A stretch of 64,000 nt of DNA from Octopus sinensis (taxonomy: Eukaryota). A model generated the notes under the pieces. That model did no database searches. It was not told the DNA's origin and worked only from the letters and a program-made list of their open reading frames with translations. The stretch's first letter is position 1. The number at the start of each line of letters is the position of its first letter. The stretch lies in the NCBI RefSeq assembly GCF_006345805.1, contig NC_043000.1, positions 10,354,001-10,418,000 on the forward strand, in the 5' to 3' direction. Shown piece after piece: positions 25,101 through 37,100 of the stretch. The translations under genes were made by a program, and so were the position numbers.

Positions 25101-28100
25101 GCATGGCCAGTCAAATGACTGAAACAAGTAAAAGAGTAATACACAAAGTATTTAAACAATTTTTTATACAATTACTAATAATATGTAATTAAAGAATATA
25201 ATAGGATTTTTAAACATTGAATAACTTTGGAGGCCCAACAATTAGAACAAGAATCAAAGGGATTCACATGAAAAAATGGTTGAGAACCACTGTGCTAAAT
25301 GATAGAAAAAATTAAATTAGTCCTACTCACCCGATGGAGACTGTTTAAAAACTAAAACTGTAGCAGGTGGAAATGTTACAGGAGCAAACATTGTGGCAAC
25401 AGTTGAAGTTTTGTGGGGTAAAAATCTTTCAAACTGTAAAACAAAAAATCAACACCAGAATTTACTAGGAGTGAAAAGATTAATAAGAAAATATCTTGCG
25501 CTTCAAGCTGTGACCTCCCCATAGATTAAATTTCCATTGCTTTTTTATTTTTCTTATTTCATGGGACTGAATTTTGCTAACAAAAAATGGTGAGAATTCT
25601 TGCGGTTAATCAAGTACAATATCACAGAAAATGATGAGGCATAGAAGTGGCTGTGTGGTAAGTAGCTTGCTTACCAACCACATGGTTCTGGGTTCAGTCC
25701 CACTGCGTGGTACCTTGGGCAAGTGTCTTCTACTATAGCTTCGGGCCGACCAAATCCTTGTGAGTGGACTCGATAGACGGAAACTGAAAGAAACCAGTCG
25801 TACATATGTATATATATATATATATATGTGTATGTATGTGTGTGTATATGTTTGTGTGTCTGTGTTTGTCCCCCCAATATCGCTTGACAACCGATGCTGG
25901 TGAGTTTATGTCCCCGTAACTTAGCGGTTCGGCAAAAGAGACCGATAGAATAAGTGCTAGGCTTACAAAGAATACGTCCCGAGGTCGATTTGCTCGACTA
26001 AAGGCAGTGCTCCAGCATGGCCCCCCCGTCAAATGACTGAAACAAGTAAAAGAGATAACTCCTGCTTTGTCAACATCATTCTAATTCAGAAAATAATTCA
26101 GATGCAATTAAAATTTCTTTGAATTATTTTCCAGACAAATATTTATATTTTGTTGTTAGTCAATACTTATCAGCAAAATAGGTTGAATAACTTTCCACAA
26201 ACACAGCTGTAACGGTAGCGAAACAGTTGAATGATCTCCCTTGCAAAAAGGATTATAGAGTAACCTCCCTTTACAAAGGAGCTGTGATTCTTAATTAATC
26301 AACAAGTTTAGCGTTTCTCTTGGAAGTTTCTAGAATGTCTAGCGTTCCATTAATAAAAACAGCTTGCTAACCCAGCTCTTCGCTTCTCAGCCAATTAGAC
26401 TTAGAGCCATTCACGTCATTTCTACGTCCGTCTATTTCTCTATGCCACGGGACTGAAAACCACCACTTAGCTATTATTTTTACATTTTCTGTCTTTGAAC
26501 TTTCTTGCATAGATTACTTCATTCCACTAGATTTTGCATTTCGATTATGTATCATCATCGACCAGTAAATATAATATATTTTTATGTAGTAAATATATAG
26601 GTCTTGAATTTATTCTTCACTAGCAGTATCGCCCGGCGTTGCTCGGGTTTGTAAGGGAAATAACTATATAAGCATTTTTAGAGAGTTATAGCCAAAGAAT
26701 AGCAAAAAAATGCATTAAAAATTTTTTAAAAATTAAGGTAAATTTTTTTTTAAATCGTTGACACATCGTAGATATTTTTAGAGAGTTACTTCCCTTATAT
26801 AATAACGAAAAAAAATGCATTAAAATGGAAAAATATGATGGTAAATTTTTTTTAAATCGTAGACTCATCGTAGACGCACGCTAATACCCAGAAGGGCTCG
26901 ATATGAATCACGACTATAAGATACCCGGTTTTGGTTAAACTGCACCGCAAAATGTGGGAGTAGTTAGGAATCTAAATCGTAGGAGACAGACACATAACTT
27001 CACTCTTATATAAAGATGCTTTTTTTTTTCAGTCATAGAGTTAGATTTATGAAGGTCTTCAGTAGAAAATCCTTCGAATTCTGACTCGCTGCTTGATATA
27101 ATGAAATTCGTATCCATTTTTTGTCAGAATTACAAATTTTGAAAACACAAAGGAAACAAATTTCGGAAAAAAATCTCCCATAATTCACGGAATTAAAATT
27201 ACACTTCGATTTTTTGACAAAACTGTAGTTGAAGTGTTTACGAAGTATAATACGTGTTTTCACGAATGTACTAAGAGATTTGCTCTGATATTCTCATTTA
27301 AATATGAATAGGTAAATTCGGGCGGCTTGGTAACGAAAGGGTTAAACGGATGCATACATTTATTAATCTTATTATAATAACTATATATAAGTGTCGTCTG
27401 TTTATACATAAACATGTTTCATACTGCAATTATATATACATATATCTATATATAATATTATATAATAAAAAATATACAGAGTAAAATAAAAACCAATTTA
27501 CCTTTTCTGTCCGTCCGTGTGTCTTTGCAAAGTGTTGGAATGATAAGTGAGTTGTGTTTTGGCGCCTTTTTACTAAACAAACACACACGTGTTGTATGTA
27601 GTTGTATGTGTATGTAGTTGTATGTAGTGTATATGTATGTGTATGCGTGTGTGTGAGGAATGACACACACACACACACTCACGCACGCACCATGTACATC
27701 AATGCTTTCGGAGTGATATGTTAAAATATTGAGTTTTCTCGAATTTTGTCTTAATTGGTGGTAAAATTGAAAGAAATTTTTATGGCATCACCCACTGAAG
27801 TACCCTGAAAAATCATGGGTACACTCTAATTGAAGAAATTGTGTGAGGAGTAAATCGTTATGTATTTATTGTTTCTGTTTGCTGTGTTTCTTTATTTTGA
27901 GTAGTGGTTTAAATACTTTCAGTTTAGTCTTCCTCAAATCACTCTGTCGCTATTTACTTTCATTTTATTCGTTGCACATGTGTGTGTATGTTTGCGTGTG
28001 CTGTAAACCAGACTAAGAAAAGCATTTGACATACACACCAGAATGTGAGTTTTCTGTAAATTTTGCTTAATTGGAGTTTAAATTTTAAAAACTGGACCTG

Positions 28101-31100
28101 GATGACCCGATGCATTCTACTCTAAAAATGCTAGGTAAATTGTAATTGAAGAAATCCTATATTGTAGATTTGTATAACTCCCAAAGGGAGGCAGATAAAA
28201 TCTGCCTTTTATAATAAGAGATCTCTACATGAACTCTTGTAATATACATGCAGCCACATCAACGCCTGGTGCCGTTCAAGAATTTGGACCTGGAGATCTC
28301 CATTTCCAGCGACTTTGAGGGTCACCTCCCAGTGTTGTCAGGCGTCAACGAAGAGCCCTCGATTACAACAAGACAACCAAAGTTTTTTTTCCCCCTAAAT
28401 GGCGGTGCCCCAGCATGGCCACAGCTTGTGAGCTGAAACTAGATTAAAAAAAAAAGTCTGGGGTCTCCCGCCCCTAAACTCTAGACCATCACCTAATCAC
28501 CCTTACCTGTCTTGTTGCTTAACAACAACAACACCTGGTACTGACTATATATATAACCACTACACATCTCTTTATATTTCTTTTTTTTTTCCCCCCACCA
28601 AACCTTTCTCAAATACAAACATTATAAAAGTGACCTATCAGTACCAAATCAATTATCACAACTCCATGTTCACTTTGTTCACCTCCACAGTTTCCACCAA
28701 CATAATTTGCAAGTACAAAGAAATAGACAGAACAGTAGAAAGAATGTAACTGCTACACTGCATGCCAATCCAAACAGCATATCAGTGGGTATCCTGCGAT
28801 CTACTGATAATTGGAGACTTGGTACAACCAGTAATATGGAACTATGGCGTGCACTTCATCATTCATCTGTTTGTGTGACACAGGACTACTCAATCATGGC
28901 TGACCTGAGGTAATGCAATCTCTATATATATAAACAGCAAAATGTCTGTCTGTGTGCATGTCCTTTATACAAATCTACAATTTTTCAGTTAGAGTGCTCA
29001 CACTTTCTATGGTCATTCAAAACCGTCCAAGGGTGGTCGTGCACATCTTTACATTTCCCCAGTCACCCAGCAAAGCCATTAAAAAATCAATAGCAGTGAC
29101 TTTATTGTGAATTTTCTATCCAAAACCCAATCAAAATGCCCGAAACTTGATACGCCAATTGAATTCCAGCTAGCTGTATGTGATTGGTCGGAGTTTTGGA
29201 CAGTACTTGCGTGTATGTGAGCACGCACACAGCTGTATATGCATGCACTAACACTATGACTCGGCGTTGCTGGGTCATAGTGCTAGTAACAACTAAAACA
29301 GTAAATGTTATTTCTTAATTTACCTTAAATTTGTTTCCTGTTGTGTGCTGGGAGAAAATTGGAGCTGCAACAAAACGACGGAAACCAGCCTGAAAGACGA
29401 GTCGTTCTTTTGACTTGACTGGTTCTTCACAAGTAATCTTGCGCTGGACAATAAAATTCATAACGGTCATTTTCTGTTCGTGAGGTAACAAACCAAACAT
29501 GATCACAGGTTGCCCTGGTCTGTGAGACTCTAAAAAAGATCAAAAGCAGAAAATTTCAAACACAAAAACAAAGATCTTCAAATTAAGAAACAGGTAAGAA
29601 AGAATGAAAGAATGGAAACTACAATGAAGGATAGCAAGCTCTTTAGTTATGCTGAGTTCAACTTCTCTAGTGCCAATGGCATAAAATGCACCTAGTCCAC
29701 ACTTAAACTGCTTTATATAAAGATACCAAGCTGTAACAACCAAAAGAATTGGCTGATTTTTTTCTCTGCATGTCAGATGACAGGATTGTGGTAGGCAGTG
29801 AGACAAAAGATAATGGCAGGTAGTAAAATGAATGGAAACCTGTGGTGGATGACAAGATGAAGGACTGGCAAAACAAAGGACTATGGCCAGTGATGAGACA
29901 AAAAAAAAGAACACAGTAGGTGTTAACAAAGGGCTAGAACACATGGAGAGTGATAAGATGAAAGTCCACTGGCAGAGTTTCTACAGCTGGATGCCCTTCC
30001 AAACACCAACCACTCCGAGAGTGTAGTGGGTACTTTTACATGCCACCAGCACGGGGTCCAGTCAGGCGGTACTGGCAATGGCCACACTCAAATGGTGTTT
30101 TTTACATGCCACCTGCACAGGAGCCAGTCCAGCGGCACTGGTAACAATCTTGCTTGAATGTTTTTTCATGTGCCAGTAAGGCAACGCTGGTAACGATCAC
30201 GCTCGAATGGTGCTTTTTACTTGCCACTGGCATGGAAGCCAGTTAGCTGCTCTCGCAACGATTAGCACTCCACCAGCACAAATGCCAGTCATCGAATTTG
30301 ATTTCGATTTATGCCAAAAAACAAAAGATGCAGGATTTTTTGAATTGCAAAGTCTTGTCTGTCACAACTTTGTGTAGATTAGTATGGGGAAGGGTGTATA
30401 TATTGTCTGGTTCTTCAATCACTTTAAAATTGATAGGAAACACATAAACAGTATATTTCACTGGAAATACAGAGACAAAAGAAGAATTAACCCATTTATT
30501 TCATTCGAAATACATTGCTTTTGTTTCAATAAATTTTGATAATAATGAATTTCATAAAATAATTGTCACTATTTTGGAATATGGAAGTGCATGGCTTAGT
30601 TGTTAGAGTGTTGGATTCATGATCCTAAGATTGTGGTTCTGATTCCTGGAGCAAGTGATGTGTTGTGTTCTTCAGCAAAACATGTTGCTCCAGTTCACTC
30701 AGATGATAAAACTGAGTAATCCTGCAATGGACCAGCATTCCATCCAGGAAGGGTATATGCCAGAGAAACCAAGAAACCCGTCTTATGCTCCTTACTGAGT
30801 AATGTGGGCTAACCATTTTTGGAATATAGATAAAAATGAAACTAATGGAAGGTTTTAATTTAAATTGTTTTAAAACAGGTAGTTTGTACCCTAAAATCCA
30901 GAGTGATCTCAGCCAAAGTATCAATGATCTGCCTCAAACCAACTTACCCATGAAAGCTCTGGGAACATCTTTTATATGGACTGTTATGAACCAACCAGGC
31001 TGGAAAGTTGAGAAAATTGTTTTAGGTTTCACCGAGTCAGGTTTATTTCAATACATTAACAAGAAATATAATAAGTAACTAGAAAGCCATTAGAGAAACA

Positions 31101-34100
31101 TTTAAGTGAGAAAAACAACAGATAAAAACCGACAAATGTACAAGGCCATTCCATTCACACCAATGACAACAGTAAGAAAACAAAAAAAACTACTTTAGTA
31201 TATGATTACAAACATCCATTGACAAACATCCAGACAAACACACATAGGCACACACATCCACAACTTACAAGGTGTTCAGGTTAAATTTGAAAATTTTTTT
31301 CATGTCTCCCTTTTGTTCAGGAATAGCTTAACCCTTTCGTTACCAACCCGGCTGAAACCGGCTCTGGCTCTGTAGTACAAATGTCTTGTTTTCATAAATT
31401 TTGAATTAAAATCTTCCCCCAAACCTTAGTCACAATTTATGTTCCTAACACTAGCTGAATGATAACTAAGTTATTTTACTAAATTCTTTGTTATATTTAA
31501 AATCAATTGAAAGAAACACAGAGCATCTCAAAATAAATACAGTAACGAAAGGGTTAATGTATAAGTAAACAAGTCAACAGTATTGGACAGCATAAAGATT
31601 AAAGTTGTAGTTGAGAAAAAGTTAGCTGACATGGAGGAGTGGAAACCATCTGAATATTGGGAGTTACCTGTTGCATGGTGATTTGCACCAGGTATCAAAA
31701 TGCTGACATCATGACTGCTGCTCAATGTTATGTGAATATTCTAAAGGCTGTAAGACATGACATGAACGTCATGAAAACTAAGTTTCCCAAACTGTGATGA
31801 TCTTTGGACATGTCCCCAGTGAGGAGGATGACATCATGTCATCCCTACATCATTGAAAAGGGCCTTAGGCTCAATTCAGATGGCTATGTGAAACTGCTCG
31901 AGATTATGGTCAAATCCTGGCTGGAGAGGGTTCCTGCTGGAAGACCATATGTGGTAGCAGGACTCAGCCCCTAACCATACTTCTGGAAAGAGTCAGAAGT
32001 GGTTGTCGGAGGATTTCTACAACTTAAACAGCCCCAGTTTCTGACCTCCTAATTCCTCTGATTGTAATCCCATGGATTACTACGCATAGAGTGTGGTTGA
32101 GAAACACACCAACTGCTATACCTGCAACACCAAAGCCAAGCTAGTAGCCATGATCAAGGTGTTTGAAGATCTTCCCAGGTATACAGAGAGGAACACATGC
32201 CAGGTTCAAGAACCATCTTGTGGCTATGGCAGAAGCTGAAAGCAGCTACTTTGAGTAAACTGTTATTTCCCAGCCATAATCTAATTGATGTGTTTTGATA
32301 TTCTTAAAATACATTTATTTTTGGATGGGATTTTGTATTTTCTTTTCCTTTATACAAACTGTCAAATTTATACCACACATCCTGTATTTCATATATACAT
32401 ATAGATACATATGTCCACATTGTATATGTGGACATACATATACACTATATGTATGTCCACATTTACATATATATAGATATACATCCACATGTACAATTAT
32501 ACAGTCACACATACAGACAATATATTAACAGATGTACAGACATAAAAGACATGCACACAGACTTACATAGAGGGGTACTATTATATTTTCTTATAGTAAT
32601 ATAAAAACCCAAAGTGTAATTATCTTACCATGGCGCCATCAATTTCCTCATTCAAGACTCTCTTCTTTGTTCGCCGGAAATTACCAAACTGGAAAATTCT
32701 GGCATAATCAAGGGGAAGGTTTTCCTTAGGGTCCCATGGAGATGTTCGGAAACTATTTAAGCCACGATAACTATTTCAAGAAAAAAAATGTAATAAAAGT
32801 AAGCAAGAATAAATATATTTTATTTCAACAGATTCAGAGAAGTGTCATGCCCATAACCTGCTGAGGAAAACTTGGTAGATAGTGGCGTGGTCAGTAAGGA
32901 GTTAGTGATATGTTGTAATGGTGGTGGTGGTGGTGTAGAAGTGGCGGTGTGTTGATGATGTACACAGGAGCTGTAGTATAAACAACAGGAAATACTTTAA
33001 ATACTTCTGGTTTTAAAAAAAATTTCAGGTTTAACTGACATTGTTTTGCTGATGTCAAAAACATGAGTCTTCCAAGACAAAAAGATAGGAAATAATAAGT
33101 GTTAACATTTGTAATGATGTCAATTCTTGAAACTAGGACATATGTATAACTAATGTGGATACAGTAGAGGCGCAATGGCCCAGTGGTTAGGGCAGCGGAC
33201 TCGTGGTCAGCAGATCGTGGTTTCAATTCCCAGAACAGGCGTTGTGTGTGTTTATTAACCAAAAACACCTAAAAGCTCCACGAGGCTCCAGCAGGTGGTG
33301 GTGGCAACCCCTGTTGTACTCTTCCGCCCCAAATTTCTCTCACTCTCTCTTCCTGTTTCTTGAGTAACGTTGCGATGGACTGGCGTCCCGTCCAGCTGGG
33401 TGAACACATACGCCATATAAACCGGGAAACCAGGTCCATGAGCCTGGTTAGGCTTGAAAAGGGCACATAAATAAAATAAATGTGGATACAATGCAGTTTT
33501 TTTTATCTTAAAGCAAATAACTTAGTTTCGAATCCTTAAGCAAATGATAGATAATTGTTTCTACATAAAACCCCACCAATCTATCAGAAATATCATTTCA
33601 ATGTCTGATACCTCAGCTACATTAACCGAGACATGTAAATGAGCCAAAAAGAAAAGTTATGATATAAACTGACCATGTATATGCTTAATAGCAGAATAAC
33701 ACTGAGAGAAATGCTTCTTGGTTTTACATAGGCACACTGTGTTGCTATATGTCATAAGAGGCAACTAAAAGGATTGGTGATAGGAAGGGCATCCAGCAGG
33801 AGTAAAAGGCTTCAAAGAAGTACAGCAGAAAGGGTTTTACTTACCGTGCAAACCTAGTTCTTGCACACGTTTCAAATGGAGTGTCAACTTCATCAGGAAA
33901 TAGTTCATTCTCTCTCTCTTCTCTGAGCTTCAGCAATCTGGTGAAAGAAAACCAAATATGAGAAAGAGAATAAGGATGGAAGAACAGAAAGAGTGCTCAG
34001 GTGGGTAGGTAAATGCACTAGAGTGTGACAGGTGAATAGAGATGGGGATTGAGGTGTACGCAGTGAATATCAGAATGGGAGAGGAGGGTGCAGGTGAGTG

Positions 34101-37100
34101 AAGTAAGTTAGGGAGGAGGAGATGATAAATGGACAGTAGTGGGATACAATGTAACATGGTAGGAGGACAAAAAGTATAATTTACAGCACCTGAATTAGGG
34201 TCATAGAGGATTGATGGAGGGATAAGTATTAGAAAATATTTTGTATGATAACTGACCCTTTCTGTCATTTATAACTTGTTTCAATCACAATATTTAATCC
34301 CATCAATACACTACACATTATTTCTTTAACAACAGTATCAAAGACAGACTGTCCAATGCTTATCAATGAAGAATTACAAAATGTAACAGCAACATAAAAA
34401 CTTACATTCTTTTTTCTTCTTCTACATCAATTGTTTCATCATATTTAGCATCTTCATCCTTCACTTCAATCTGTCGAGAGATAGAAAATATTAAGACTTT
34501 AGCCAATGGGATAAATTTTGAAGTTAAAAATGGCATCTTGGACATTCTTTCATTTAGGTTTAGAAATTTGGGAACATGGCTGGCAATCTTACTGGGAAGA
34601 TGTAAAGTCAATTACACTGACTCCAGTGCTCAGCTGGTACTGTATTTTATTGACCCCGGAAAGAATGAAAGGCAAAGTCAACCTCAGCAGGATTTGAACT
34701 CTGGACATAAGAAACTGGAAGAAATACTGCTAAGCATTTTGTCTGACATGCTAATGATTCAGTCAGCTCACCACCTTACATTCCATCAATAATAAAACAG
34801 AACAAATACTAAAAGGTGATAAAAATAATTTATATTATCATTCTAACTACCCGTCTCATAAATACAACACATCTAGTCCAATCCATGCCAGCATGGAAAA
34901 CAGATGTTAAAGGATGATGATAATTTATTTTCTGGATCTTTTCGGTTTGAATGGCAGTTTCTAACATAATTTCTAGGTAACTAAAAAATTTTAAACTTCG
35001 TATACTGGTAGAATGTGTTTATAAAACATCTTTTTCTCTTGGCTTTATTGAGAAAATTCTATAGTTTGTAAGATATTTGTTGTTTTTTTTTCTTCAATTT
35101 CTGCAATTTCAACCAATCAATGACATCTACTGAGTTAGAAAACATTCTGTGCCATATGAATATGTCCCTCGTTTAAGAAACAGATTGGGTTTATTTGCAT
35201 TTGTGAAGAAAAAAGATACCCTTCCCCCACCCCTAACCAACCCTAAAACAGATTGAAATGCAATAGATCGATACTAGGGTCATAATTATGGGTGACAATT
35301 TCATATGACACCACTAGAAAAAACTGCCGTTCAAACCAAAAAAATCCTATTTTCTCTATGCTCAGTCTTAATGAAATAGATCATGACATGAAGATAATGA
35401 GTACAACTGAAGAATATCATCCACATATGCAATGCCCTGACACTCATTCTTAAATAACTATTATGTAATGTCGAACCAAGGAGACACAAATACACAAACA
35501 TAAACATAGATATATGCAACACACTTCTTTCAGTTTCTGTCTACCAATCCACTCACAAGGCTTTGGTTGACCCAAGGATATAGTAGGTACCTCACAGTGG
35601 GACTGAACCCAGAAATATGTGGTCAGGAAGCAAACCACACAACCATATACAATAATACAAAGTCCTTACTTCTTCATAGGTTTCCTCTCCTTCATCTGAG
35701 ACAAACTCGTCTTCTGAACTGCTCTCCAGTTCTTCCATCTACAAAACAAAGCAATATGAATAAAAAAAATCATCAATAAAAAAAATTGGAGACAGCTGAT
35801 ACTTGATATTATACTAAAAATAAAAACCAACAAAGGAACTACTATGTGGTCACTCAACTTCCTAGAAATAATGACCAAACCCCTTAGAGCACACCTTACA
35901 CTCAATATCATCACTGTTTAATATCCACATTCCCATGCTTACATTCATCAAATGGAATTTGTTGAGGCAGGTTTTCTGAAGCCAAATGCCGCCTGTTTCA
36001 AAGTAAAGAAACATTTTTCCCATGGAAGACTGGAAATGAACAACATGGCTTGTATGACAGTGAAAATACATATATATACATCAAATAAAATTAAAAACAG
36101 AACACAAAGGATATCGCGGTACATGTGTTTCAAGCTTTATAAACAATCTGTTATTACATCAGGGTTTTTACTTTTATTTGATATATTCTCTCTCACCTCT
36201 GCCACTATCTGGCAAATACAGGTGCTTATACTTATCAAGTATTCACCCTAAATTTACAGTACCTACTTGATATATATATATATATACACACACACACATA
36301 TATATATACACACAGGGTGCTGTGAATAAATTGTCATCTAAATTATACAAAACTGAAAATCACAGTGATATCGCAACTACAGTATAACGGCAGTCACACA
36401 TCACACCAGTAGGAGGAACCCACTTTACAACATAAACGAAAAGATATAATTACGGCTTCCATGTATTCATCTTCACCATCATAGTCATCATCCTCATCGT
36501 CATCACCCTCATCTTCACTTTTATCTTCTTTGTTCAGTTCATCATCGCTTTCTAGGATCCAAGCAGACTGATATGCGGATGTGCCTTTCGGAACTCTCTT
36601 GATCTTCTTGCTTTCAGCTACGAAAAGAAAAGAAAAAAAGGTTAATTTGAATAATTTGTTCTGACAAGAGAAGTCATGAACATTGATGCCAGTATCTTAG
36701 TAGAATTAATTTCATCATGATGAGAGAGATAAAAAGCTAAAATAATCTCGTTTGCAGATTAGACTCAAAAAAGCAAGGTAACAATAATAATTTCTCAAAT
36801 AGGAACACAGCCTCAAACTTTAGGGGTAAGAAGAAGCAAACTGATTTAATTGAACCCTGTTCTTAATTTGCCAGCCCCGTCTGGCACCTGTGCCGGTGGC
36901 ACGTAAAAAGCACCCACTACACTCACGGAGTGGTTGGCGTTAGGAAGGGCATCCAGCCGTAGAAACATTGCCAGATCAGACTGGGCCTGGTGCAGCCTTC
37001 TGGCTTCCCAGACCCCAGTTGAACCATCCAACCCATGCTAGCATGGAAAGCGGACGCTAAATGATGATGATGATTCATCAACCCCGACAGAGGGTAAAAG

